Part shown: piece by piece, positions 25,201-40,611 of the stretch
Position numbering within the stretch: the first letter of the stretch is position 1
Layout: every line of letters begins with the position of its first letter
Assembly: GCA_001179505.1 (NCBI GenBank)
Contig: CDMY01000393.1
Coordinates: 24,592 to 88,591 of the forward strand
Reading direction: 5' to 3'
Length of the DNA: 64,000 nucleotides
From: Vitrella brassicaformis CCMP3155
Taxonomy: Eukaryota > Protista > Chromerida
Notes under the pieces: model-generated
Databases searched by the model: none
What the model saw: the letters and a program-made list of their open reading frames with translations, nothing else
What the model was told of the DNA's origin: nothing
Translations under genes and position numbers: made by a program

Positions 25201-25365
25201 NNNNNNNNNNNNNNNCAAACCCCCCCCCCCCCCAGGCGCATGGACAAGCTCACACCCAGGCAGACACGAAGGCAGGCCGGCTATCGTCGAGAGTATCAAA
25301 CGCGCGCAGCAGCATTCTCACCGAACGTGTGTGAGAAGGGCGCGTGTACTGACTGAAAAAACCAT
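22288..25365 (-). CDS. ILV3: Dihydroxy-acid dehydratase (IlvD/Ilv3, branched-chain amino acid synthesis)
   Basis: Motifs [77 protein letters not shown] and [12 protein letters not shown]. The last exon ends [12 protein letters not shown] at 22288. The putative first exon [15 protein letters not shown] (25365) is less certain. Confidence 0.95.
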
Positions 25366-25866
25366 GCACTGGTCTGGTCTTGTGTGTCGTTGCATCTCCC
25401 TCCCTCCCTCGTGTGTGTCGCACATCACTTCGCTTCGCATTTATGACCATTGTGTGATCTACCATAGCAGAAGAGTAAGGGGTGGAGGGGTGGGGGGTTG
25501 GGGAAAGTGCCCATTCCATTCGCCCACCAGCTGGCTCTGAACGCAAAAACAATCTGGCAGTGAGTTGAGGTGAGGTGCAGTGGATGGGCTGACTACGGTG
25601 GCAGGAAGGCAGCAGGGTGGCGTGGTAGTTTGTACACATCCGTCTGTCATACAGCAGAGATCGATCCCAAATCCGAAAGAAAGACAAGAGAGCGGAAAAA
25701 TCGCCTTCCTTCCCGAAACTTCGTCCGTCCCTCGCTCCCTCCCTCGCTTTCTCTCTGTGTGGTACATCTCATCTCGCAGAGTATTTCTCATCACCCCGAC
25801 AAACCCTCCCCCCACCACACCCCAAGCCCCATATACACCGACTGCATTGGACGTCTATCTATCCAT

Positions 25867-28833
<2,967 letters not shown>

Positions 28834-29628
28834 TGTCAGAGAAGAGGGAAGCAAGAGGAAGATCTGCTCGGGCTGAAGTCGTTGCGGATCTGTCGCCGCG
28901 GTAAAGGCTGTCTACAAAAGCCTCGTGTCTACCCTGCACCCCTCCTTCGTCGGTCTTCTTTTTCAGGGTTTGGAGTACCAGTGATCGAAATTTGTGGGAT
29001 GACCCCTCCTTGGCAAATCACCCTACCAACCTCAGTGCCACTCGGAACGCCTTGCAGTGGTCACGGGGAATATGTGCGACGAAGAATAAGAATCGAAGTG
29101 AGGCACAGGTCGCGAGCTCGAGCTTGCAAATGGCCCCCGTGGCCCCCAGTCTCGAAAAAAGTCGATTGTCTTCGCTTCCCCACTTTCCGTAGTCAGGACT
29201 GCCCCGAGGACATCGAGAGAATCCGGCGAGTCCGTCAACGAGCTCACGGAGGCGCGGCCTTGCATTGGCCGCAACCTCCCACTGCCCGTGTTGTTTCTGC
29301 TGCACATCGTAGGACCTGTTCTATCGTACCCCTCCCGACGCGGCGTGTGCCTGAGGGACAACCAGAGAGCCTCAGGACTGTGGTTGACCCCTCTTCTCGT
29401 GCACGGCCCCCCTTGTCGGCTTCGTGTTCTTTCCTTGGCGTCGCTGAAGCTTACAAAGCGTGAGCCGCAATCAGCGTGTTTTCAGCTTCCTATTGCTACT
29501 TCCCAGCCCGGTGCTTGGAGGACAACCGGTTGTGACTTGCGGAGAAAGCCCCCTCCCTCTTTCGCCCGTGGAAAGGCGCCGCCCTGTCTTACACGAGTGT
29601 CTTCCACAATTCCCTGTGCTGAGAAGCG

Positions 29629-32600
29629 ATGAGCCGGGAGATAGAGTCTGACTACAGCCCCGTGTCCGACCGCCAGTCGTCGGCCTCCCAGCTCCCTGGT
29701 GGCGAGGAGGATCCCCCTGTGCCCTCGTTCGGCGCCCAAGTGATCGGCAAGACACTGTCGAAGCAGCTTGAGGACCAAGGGGAAGAGGGCGACGAGCGGG
29801 GCGGTGAGGGCGACGACGAAGGCGACGAGGAAGAGGAGGAGGAAGAGGAAGAAGAAGAAGAGGAGGAGGAAGAGGAGGAAGGTGAAGAATACGAGGAACG
29901 TGAGGTGGCTGAGGAGGATACTTATGGAGTCGTCCAACAACCAGCAGAGTGTGTCGAGCAGCAAGAAGAGCTGGTCGTGATGGGCGTTGAGGCCGAGGCC
30001 GAGGCTGAGGGTGCTGAGGGTGCTGAGGGTGCTGAGGGTGCTGAGGGTGAGGGTGGCGAGCCCGAGGACCAGGATGTCCGCGAGCCCGTCTCGAAGCAGC
30101 TGTCGCAGACGCCATCCCAGCTCGGGGGCGGCCCCGTACCGGCCGCCATGGAGGAGCAGCCCCAGGGCACTTTCCAGCAGCCACCCAGCGGCCAGATAAG
30201 CAAGAAGTCGACCCAGCGCGAGGACGCCTCACCCCTCGGCCGCCAGCGCAGCCAGCGGAGCGAAGAGAGGGAGAGTGTCGATCGCGAGCTTGATGACTTG
30301 GCCGGCATTGGGGAGGAGGGCGAGGAAGAAGAATATGAAGACGAGGAAGAGGAAGAGGAGGAGGCGCCGCCACCGCAGTTCGGCCAACCTGCTCAAGACA
30401 GGGGCGAAGAAGGTGAGGTGAAAAGCAAGCAATCCATTCACACAGACTCCCAACGACTGTCACTGTCTGTTGGCTGCTGTGCTGGCCTTGTTCTCTCTCC
30501 AGAGGAGGAAGAGGAAGGTGCCTCCCACACACATTGAAGAGCCGCACCAGGCAGAGGCGCACTCGGCATGTCTCGCCTCTGTTGTGTCTGTGTTGTGCTC
30601 AGAGGAGGAAGAGGAGGAGGGCGAGGAAGAAGAGGAAGAGGGTACGGCACTTGATCACATCCCACCACACTCGCGATGCATTGCTGGCTATTCCATGCCT
30701 CGCAACAGAGGAGGAAGAGGAGGAGGAAGCCGAGGAGCCCGAAGACCGTGAGCTGGAGGACCTCTTTGAGTTTGCTGACAGAGAGGTGGGTTGATCTGAT
30801 CGCACAGGATGGGTCTCACCTGGCCGGTCACCCACTCACTCACTGGCTGGATGACCGTGTGGGCGTAGGATGAGGAGTTGGAGGAGGACCGTCGTGTGGT
30901 GATGGAGCGCATCGAGGAGCTGAGGAATCAGATCATCCTGAGCGACATCCAGCCGTACGTTGAGGAGTTCGACGAGGCCGTTGACAAGGATACACTGCTC
31001 ATCGGCAAGCTGCCGATCGAAGCCATCCAGGTACATATGGCGTCCGCCCACTCTATCTAGGCACACCTGGGAGGTTTGCTGTAACGTATTGTGTATCAAT
31101 CACAGGAGGAGGAGCGACGTTTGGAGGAGCAGCAGCTCAAGGCCTACCAAGAGCTCGCCAAAGCACACCAGGCACGGCTCGCACGAACCGCACACAAACA
31201 CACAGGAATGCACACGGCCATACATGCTCATGCGTTGCGTTGCAGGAGCGAGCTGCGGAGGTGTTGCGTGCTGAGCATGCTGCTCGCCAGCGGCTCAACA
31301 AAGAGGCACTCGACCTGGAACTCAAGTCAGTCGGCCACACATGCACAGAGAGAGAGAGACATGACCGATGGGCTCACATGTAGATGTCTGATCGCGTGCT
31401 TTGCTCCTTCCATGCTGCAGAGTCCGAAAGCGAGAGCTGCGAGCCATCGAGCGCGACAGGACCCGCAGGGTCAGTGCACGACACACGCATTCAACCAGAG
31501 CGAAGACGCAAGATTGAGCTATCCGTCTCTCGCTCTTCTGCCTGCCAGGCTCGTTTGAACAAGGCGTTCCGTCGGGCAGAGTATCGTTTGGACACGGTGC
31601 TGCGGAATCGTCAGGCGGAGATACAGAGCAAGTACGGCAACCTGGAGGTCGACGAGGACTACAAGAGCTTCAAAAAGGGAAAGTAAACATGACACAAAGC
31701 CAGAGAGTGATGGACGTCGATAGATACCCATGGGATGGTCATTCATCATCAGAGTCCCGGTCGCCCGTGCAAAGCGTTATAGAATTGACTGGAACCGGGC
31801 CCCACAGGTGCGCGAAGGAAACAGGCAGGAAGGACTCGCTCTCATGCCACACTTGTCTTCTCTGTGTCTCGATTATGTGTGTGTGTGTGTGTGTGTGTGT
31901 CAGCCCATCGAGCTGCGTCTTGAAGTATGTCGTGCGGTCAAGGACAAGCTGCCGAGGGGCCAGTATGTGCTTATGTGCTCACTCTACGACAGGTACGTGA
32001 GTGCACACACGAATGGGCAGTCACCTGTATGTCCATGCCTGTCTGCATTGGCGGGGACACACAGGATTGGCGGCAGTCGTCTGGCGTGGAGCAATGTGGA
32101 GGGCGGCACTGAGTTCCTCACCAGTGTGTCATCACCGGTGAATCATGGAGGAAAGTACTTCGAACCGGTGAGCAGACGAACAGGGCCGATACAAGAGCAG
32201 CAGGCACTCTCTGGTTGTGCCTGTGTCCGCAGGATTTGCGCTTCGAGCAGAGCATCTTCGTTGCGGCACCGGGCAAAGTGGACCTCAAACCCTCGATGGT
32301 GTTTATTTTCGAGATGTACATACTGCGCGGCAAGGCTTCTCCGACCGACAAAGTGGTGGCCTGGGCTCCATTCCCACTCATGAACTCTGACTTTCAAATC
32401 ATCGAAGGCAAATTCAAAGTAACCACAAACAAACAATCAGGACACGGAGGGAAATGTCAGTAATGTCTCTGTCTCTGTCATTCCTTCATTCACTCATTCA
32501 TCAGGTGCCGATGCTGCGCGGTGAGGTGGATCCCTACATCGACAAGTTCGGCACGTACGAGGACATGTACTCGGCCAACATCGACGAGTGGCTCTGCAAC

Positions 32601-35570
32601 CTCTACTTCCAGACGCTCCTCCTGCCCAAATACCAAGCCGGAGAAGTTGAATTTGAAGTCGAACTCGACTACACAGGCAAGGCAACCACATTGAATGACG
32701 CACTCACACAATAAAATGACACATCCTTCCTCCCCTTCTCAGGTCGTCTATTGAAATTGGGCAAGCCCCAGCGACGTCGCCGCAAGCGCAAGAGCCGTCG
32801 TGAGTCGGAACAGCCGCTGCTGACTACCGACACCGAGGAGGAGGGCTTCCCTCGGCAGCTGCCCGATACTGAACAGCCACTCGCTATCGCAGACGCATCG
32901 CCCGGAGGAGCCAATGGCGGCTCCCAGCCAGGGTCACCTGTGGGTGACAATAACAAGGTCATTCGTGGTGAGCCCAGCCCCACCAAGGCCAGGCGCCGCC
33001 GCCGCAAGAGTGACAGGGAGGACATGGACGTCACGGAGGAGGACAGTCCCTTTGTGCTCGACCCTGAAAAGGAGAAGAAGGCCGCCAGACGCATTGTCAG
33101 TGATGCTGTCGGCGAGCTCAAGGTAAGAGCGCAGAGTTCAGAGACAGAAGCGGCTCGTGTTTCATGATGCGTCTGGTTGTGTCAGACCGTTCGGATAACG
33201 ACAGTGGGGGGTGAGGAGGGCGAGCCGTCTGTGTCCTTCGCAGGAGACGACAGACGACCCAGCCAGGGGCCAGGTGAGGAAGACACGCACAGCGCAAGCT
33301 AAGGCGGCAGCGCCTCTCATCTCCTGTGTTCCCTGTCCTCCTATCAGCTATTCGTGATCGTTCGGCCTCTCGCTCTCCCTCAATGCGCGGCGGCATGTTG
33401 AACAATAATACTGGCAACAACAATGCCAACCTGCTAGGTCTTGCCGACGAGGGGGCATCGCCCACTGCGATCCGTAAGGCCAGTGTGTCCACCACCAAGT
33501 CGGTCACCATCGCTGGCCTCGACAAGGCCAAGACCAGCGATGAGAACCTCTTCGCTGACAACTATGACAGTGAGTGCCGGCACAAAGAGAAAGTGTATAA
33601 GCATGCACAGTCTCAATGCTTGCAGATCCCGATCCTGAGGACATCGAGCGCGTTGAGAAGGAGAGCGAGTTGGCAGTGATTGCACAGCAGCGAATCGAAA
33701 ACGTCAAGGCCATGATGCATGGTCAGTAGCAAAGCAGACTTAATACGTCAAATATGGTGTCTCTGATCTGACTGCCCCGCCCTGTGCATTCAGGTCATTT
33801 GCCTGAGCGCAATTTCCCGCCCCTCCGCACCGCCGACCAGATGGATGCCTACCACTATGTCGTCACCATGGGCGAGCTCAAAACGGGACAGGTCAGCCAT
33901 CTGTCTGTTAGCAGAGTGGGAGGATGTATTTGCGTGTCTTGGTTGTGCAGTTGACATTGAAGAAGTGGCGTTATTTGAGCGACGAGGTGTTCAGCGAGAT
34001 CCACCCGTCCAAGTGGAAGACGGGCATCTACTGGCTGGCCATCGTCACACTCATCGTCGCCGGGCTCCTGCGGATCTACCTCAAGGGAGCCGGACAGTGG
34101 CTCTTCCTCAAGACATGCAGGTGCATACATGAGGGAGGGAGCACAGGGCGCAAGGGACAGGCCTGCATTCTTGTGTGTGTATATGTGTTCTTGTACAGGG
34201 TCCCCGTGTACAACTTCGATGCGAGCCAGCAGCCTCTCAGAGTTCGCGTCGACTACACACAGGTAAGACACCAGAGACATGTCGTGGATGAGAAAAGGGC
34301 ATCTCGCCTCCCCTGTGTGGCTGTCTGCATGCAGGACAATGTTAGCTCCCCCGTCGAGGTCGGCGTGGTGGTGTCGGGCGTGCTGATCAACGTAGTCTTC
34401 TTCCTGTTCCTCATGCTGGTGGCCTTCTGCTCGAACAAGTTCCTTGGCCGCTTCCCCGCCGCCTGCTACCGTTTCATCTCCGCCTTCGGGCTCTTGTGCT
34501 CGATCGACCCCATCCTGACCCTCGTAGTGGACCTCATCTGGTGGGAAACCAGACACGGCGACGCCTTCAAACTGGGCACGTGGTTCGAGCGGCGGGAGGG
34601 GGACGGGCTCATCGGCCACGTCATCACTGTGTTCCTCAACCTGGCCCTCATGGCCATGATCCTCTTCATCTACTACATCTACCTCGTCTCACTGCACATG
34701 AACGGCAGGTTGCTAGACGTCTACAACCGCATCACGGGAGAACTCGCCGCATTCTTCATCCCATTCGATGCTGAAATATCCGGTGAGAGAGGGAACGGGG
34801 GACACTCCAGACACTCAGAAGGCTGTCGACATGTCTCGCTCGTTTTGTGTTTTGTGGTGCCTTCAGAGCGTCAGCTTCGGTGGATATGTTTGAAGTCCCG
34901 TCAGTGGCAGGGCATCACCGGAGAGGCCAGGAAGATCAACGTCACCGACTACGCCATCAAAGACCCTGAAGACCCGGTAACTAAGACGATTCACAGCCTG
35001 ATGCAGACGATTGATCGATCGATCGATGTCTCTCCCCTGTCTGTGTGTGGTCACGTATAGACATTCGAGGAGGTGACGACGCACATCGCAATCTTTACCG
35101 TCAGCAAAGACAAGACAAGGACTCTATACCGACACTTCCTCAAGCTGCCTGAGGGGGCCATCCTCGAGATGCCGCCAGACAGGGCCCATGACGCCGGCCT
35201 TGCACCCGACAGCGCATTCCTGCAGAAGATGCTTGGCACTACGGGAGACGACGGCAGCCCCACAAGACTCTCTGATCGGTCCGTCAAAACCGGCTCACCA
35301 ACGACGCGGTCTCGTCGACAGTCACGCCGAGAGTCGAGGGCATCCCGCATCGCTTCCCGCAAGGAGTCCCTCGCTGCCAGTCGCCGGCCATCAGAAGCTC
35401 CATCGAGAATTGGAGACGAGCGCAAGGCATCCTTCGCAGCGTCACAAGTCGATAGTGAAGCCAGGCGGTCGTCACTGAAGGAGAGCGGCATCCACCCGGA
35501 CAGGCCCGCGGAGAGAGTGGTAGAGATAAGGCAGAGGTACGGCGGCTTGGACGAGTTTGTTGACACTTGA
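29629..35570 (+). CDS. OFCC1-like protein (acidic N-terminus, coiled coil, C2-like domain, multi-pass TM region)
   Basis: IELRLEVCRAVKDKLPRGQYVLMCSLYDRIGG, KPSMVFIFEMYILRG, VVAWAPFPL, IEGKFKVPMLRG and IDEWLCNLYFQ match my recollection of the OFCC1 conserved region. TM exons lie at about 33960-34760 and the gene ends GGLDEFVDT* at 35570. Confidence 0.7.
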
Positions 35571-36184
35571 CGAGTTTGTTCAACCAACTTTGTTGTTATC
35601 ATGATCAGATCGATTGACGACACCTTCGACATCTGATGGAGGGAGAGCATGCTCTGTGCATGCATGCAGTATGCAGCATCGATTAATTGCTGTTTTTTGA
35701 ATCGCGCCAAGACAAGAAGGGGTGGCTGCGTGCATGTGATGTATCCGTGGGTATGTGAGCGAGTGAGTGCAAAGATGTACAAAGGTCTGGCTGCCTTGTG
35801 TGTGCGTTCGTGCTTGCGTGTTCCAATGGAGGGTGTGAGTATCGGGGAAGAACGCCACCCGTCGGCTCATGGATGCGTGTGCTTTGCGTGTCTTGTCTTC
35901 CCTTTGCCTTGCTCCTCTCTGACTAGCCTTCCTTTCTCCCTGTCTGCTTTGCGTGATTCCCTTGCAGCCATGTTTCATTGCTGATACATGACTGCGTCTG
36001 GGAGTGCATGCATCCATGCCTTTGACCTCGACAGCTTTGGAACATCGTGCGCACGAAAGGACAGAAGGTTCGATCGGGTCGACACAGAATGATCAGCTCG
36101 CATGTCCGTCCGTCCGTCCATACATATGGTCGTTCATATGTACACCAACACAACACCAACACAACACCCCCACCTATATGGCAA

Positions 36185-37721
36185 TTAGCTTCTGGGTGGT
36201 GGCGACCATCTCTTGCCCTTCGTCAGCTCTGCCACAAGCCCCTCTAGATATGGCGACACTTCCGGCGGATAGGCACCCAAGTGCCGCAGCAACGCCAGCA
36301 CTTCCTCGTCCCTCAGACCTCTCAGCCACTCGTCCAGCTCACCCACATCGATATCAGCATCTGCCGCCTCTCCCCCGATCCGCCCATCGCCATCGCCCGT
36401 GCCGTGCATCATGTCCCTCTGCATCTGCTGGTGCCGCCACGCGTGCATGAGGCTGACACACTGGTCGCGCCTGCCATCGTCAAGCTGAGCCGGGCAGAAC
36501 ATGCCATAGATGCGGAGAGGGTGGTTAAGGGTCGATGGGATAAAGTCCCGATAGTAAGAAAGCCGTCGCCTCAAACCCTGCGCACATACATGCACCCGTG
36601 GCCACCTTTATCGGTGCGTTCGTTCGGCTATTCTATTTCGTGGTTACCGTCTGTTGCACTCACCTTGGGAATGACGCGGAAGCGCTCCCTGAAGAGTTGA
36701 CTTGCCGAAAGGCCCTTGAGGGTCGGCGTGCGGTTGCGGTTCTCCAACATCCATACGCGACCAAGCACGTACTTGACCCACTCAATGCCCATCCAGACGG
36801 CCCTGATATGCACACACACATGCGACCGACGAACGAAAAAGGTAGTAGGTGTACAGTACATCCAATCCATGTGCCCACCTGGGGACTCCCGTTTCGATCT
36901 CCTCTCCATCGGCATCACCCCTCGCCGCAGCAGACGCACTCTCCCCGTCCCCTTCCTCGCCCTCGCCCTCGCCATCCTCCTCCCCCGCATCAGCCACTCG
37001 CGGCAGCTTCATTTTGGGCGCCTTGGTGCCACGCGAGCCACAGTCGTATACCAGACACACGTTGCCGAGAGCGAGCTGCATGAGGAGGTTGTGATCAAGA
37101 TTCTCGAGCAGAGCCAGGTAGGCCTGGATCTCGCAGTGGGACGACTGCAGCCGCATGAAGTGAATGTCGCTGGCGGGGATGCCCAGCGCACTCAGACGAG
37201 GAAGCACCTGAGTGAGTGAGGACACACCGCGAGAGAAGGTGTACACAGCCGCCGTGTCGTGTCTTTGTGTTTCTCACCTCAATGCCGTTTGTGAGGTTGA
37301 TGAAGTGCCGCACTCGCTTCATGAGGAAGCGGCACTGATGCGGATGCACCTCCATCCGCTCATCGTCACCTCGCCAGAGCCTCAGCGTCGCCCCATTGTT
37401 TGTCTTGTCAATCAGCCCGGCTGACTCATCCTCAGCAATCGACTTAGTTGGATGTGGCTTGTCCACCTCGAGTGCAGATGCTCCTTGCGTCATGCGGAAG
37501 CCTGCAGCCTCTCGCCATGGTCGCTTCCGCCCCTTTCGCTGCCTGGCGAGAGGTGTGGGCATGAATACGGGCCCTCGTCGAGGCCTTCTGCCGTCCGTAG
37601 CACACCCCGCAGCTCCAGATAAAGCAGCGGAAACAGCGGCAAGAGCAAGATCTGCGTTCCACAAGGAGCACGCCAGGGAGAGCATCGATGTCAGCCAGAT
37701 CATCGAGGAGGGGGAAGGCAC
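36185..37721 (-). CDS. Conserved uncharacterised protein with a putative signal peptide plus transit peptide
   Basis: The spliced core is RHFINLTNGIEVLPRL...FMRLQSSHCE...LDHNLLMQLALGNVCLVYDCGSR...GVPRAVWMGIEWVKYVLGRVW...RRRLSYYRDF. The N-terminus MIWLTSMLSLACSLWNADLALAAVSAALSG is followed by an R/K-rich stretch. Confidence 0.6.
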
Positions 37722-38012
37722 GAACGAGCGATCCCGCGAGCTTCAAACGGATCGAACTCATCGTCCTTTTCATTTGACGCGCATAACTTGGTTGCTTTGT
37801 CTGTCTGTCTGTCTCATTCATTCGCATACACACATACAGCCAGTGAACAGTGCACACTGACGTTTGACACACGCGAATACATAAATTAAGGAAGGATTCT
37901 ACCTACCTTGCAACACGTATGGATGGATGGATGGATGCAGCTCTGCATCGACCGCTCAGCTCTCTCCCTCTCTCTATGTGCCTGGCCTGCCTGATCTATC
38001 TTATCTGTCTGT

Positions 38013-40184
38013 TCACACCCCCTGTATGGTGTCTGCCCCCTGCTGCACCTCCTTCCACTTCATGGCGTTAAGGTCGGCCGCCAGCTTGAGCAACTCGTCT
38101 GCCTCCTTCTTGTCACCACCGCCACCTGACGGCACACTCACCTTCTCACCCCGCTGCACCACCTCACCTGACCAAGCACAGCCCCACACTAGTCACTCTC
38201 TCCGGCTGTCATGTCTGTGCATTTCTGTCTCGTCACTCACCTGCCGCATCCTGCTTTTCCCCCTGCGCAGCAGCAGCTGCCTTTGCCTTGGTGGCTCCCT
38301 TGGTCGCAGTGGAGGCAGCCACAACGCGTTCTGAGGCACACCACAAAGGTACAAATGTGTTGATCCTCGGCAAGCATCTTCGCGGACCTCCGGATGAAGC
38401 GACAGTGTTCTTGGTGCCCTTGGGCGGCTTGGCGGGCGGTGCCGACTGCGAGAGACTCTTTCTGCATCCACACATCATGCAGAGACATTGGTTGGGAAAG
38501 TATGGACTCTGTTGCGTCTGTGTATGACTCTTGTTGGCTTGGGGGTGGCGCTGCCGGTGCGGCAGCGGACTTGGCCTTGGTGTTGCGACTTGACTTGATG
38601 GACGTGTTGGCACTCCTACTGCACAAGAAAGGCAAGTGGCCCAAGGTTGGCCATATACTCACTTATGCGTTGCCTTGCTTACGCGGACTGCTGGACAGCC
38701 AAAGCACCTTCAAGCTCCTCATACGCTGCCACAAGTCAGTCGAGACACTTATGGGGTGGTCTCTGCCTCAAGTCTCAATGAGCGTGTGTGGCTGACTGAT
38801 TTACTGACCAGCCCTCTGCCTCTGCTGTGTGTGCTGCAGCCGCTGGATGAGCTCCAGCTCCTCCTTCTCCATCATCGCTATCTGCGCCTCCTTTAATCGC
38901 TGACCGACACGTGTCCTCGAGTCTATGTGTTGGTTGACCGCCCGCCGACCTGCCTACCTGCAGGTCATCCTCCCGCTGCAGCTTCTCCTGGAAGTGCTTG
39001 CGAGCCAACGTACGGCGATGCTCCTGCATGCGAGACACCATCAGGCACAGTGGTGTCTCTCTTGCCTTAGCCTTGTCTGCCTCCCTCCCTGGTCTTATTT
39101 ACGTCTTCTCGCTTCCGACGTTCCTTCATTTCTTGCTCGCTCTGTCGAATCTTGTCCTTGCGGGCCACCAGGAACTCCTCCTCCTGCCGACGGGCCTCAG
39201 CCAGCTCCTTCTCCGTCTCCTGTAGTAGTAGGTAGAAACATGCGTATCGTATCACACATACACATATTCCCTCTGCGTGCGTGTGATCGCTGAAATAGCG
39301 ACCGACCTTTCGCTGAGCGTAATAGTCGCTGATGCCCTCGATCTTTTGCAGTCGATGCTGCTCCAACCGTTCTCTGCAGGGCAGCAGACAGAGGGGCCGT
39401 GTGGGTTCATTGTACCTCCCCTCACCGGTGTCGTCGCAGATGTTCCTCCCGGTTGGAGGCCTGCTTGGCGCGGATCTCCTCGAGTTCCTTCTCACGGGCC
39501 TCGCGCAGCTGCACCCACAAACAGAGAGAGGAGAGGAGATTTAAACACAGACAGGCTGGCAAGGTGAAGTGCGCTGTGCGTCCCACCTCCTCTCTCTGCC
39601 TTTGGAGCTCCTCATTGCGTCGACGGATCTCCAAGATCTCCTGCAGGCGGAGATAGATGTACATGGGTGCATCATACCTGGCAAGGCGTGGCGTACGTGT
39701 GCCCGTTTCTTGGTCTCATCGATTTTCTTCTGGGCCTTTTTCTCCTCGAGCTTCAGCAGGGCAATCCTGTTGGCGAGCATCAACGCATCCTGCGATCGAG
39801 GCAATGCAACGCATGTGCAACACACAGCGCCGTCATTTGTATGTATGTGTGTGTGTGTGTCTGTCCATTTCTTCAGTGCACTTGTCTTGCCTGCTCGGCC
39901 CGTTTGCGGTTGACTCTGCTGTGGAAGAGCTGCACGGCCATCTCGTGAGAGATGTCCGTCTCCCCCTCGCCCGCATCATAGGCCATGTCCAGGGGCATCG
40001 GCACGCCGTCGCCCTCACCCGTCACGCCGGCCGTCTCATCGCCGCCATCAACCTACAGCCCAAGACGCTGGTGCATACCGTATGCGTAGTGCTTCCTGCC
40101 TCGCATACACATGCGCCGTGGAGCGCCGAACAGTAGTGTCTGACTGTGTTGTGTGTGTATCCTGACCTGAGGATCTTGCCCCAT
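38013..40184 (-). CDS. Coiled-coil protein of a widespread protist type (RKRAEQDALMLANRIALLKLEEKKA motif)
   Basis: There are many short E/K/R-rich exons in consistent phase, e.g. MMEKEELELIQRLQHTQQRQRAAYEELEGAL. The predicted stop is at 38013 and the start is uncertain. Confidence 0.65.
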
Positions 40185-40611
40185 GTCAGGATAGGTATCT
40201 GCTGCGCCGTACTCAGCCTGCAGACAAACGGAGATAGATAGATAATAGAGCGATAGAGAGAAGGGTCCGGACAAAAGCTAGAACTGATCATGCAAAGCGG
40301 CTGTTTTGGTCATCTTTTCCAATCAGGCTTGCTGCCATGCAGACTGTTCACACATCACGCTCTCTGTGCGCATTTCGTACCATGGTCCGCTTGGGTCAGG
40401 TACGCGAAGGCAGACTCGGTCCCAACAACTGGAAAAGCGGCCTTCGCGTCTCCCCTGCCCAGCGGCCCCCCGTCTCTTGCACTGGCATGCAAGCTCGCGC
40501 GCGCGAAGGTTATGGCGGTTTAGGCAAGATCCCGCCGCACAGCCCCGCGGCTCGGCCTCCTGATCCGTCCGCCGGCCTTTTGTAGTTCATCCATCGCAAT
40601 TGCCGTGAGAT

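Noticed and set aside
40480-40505. GCATGC motif resembling an ApiAP2 binding site upstream of Timeless
   Set aside because: The same word occurs often in introns throughout the window, so it is uninformative here.
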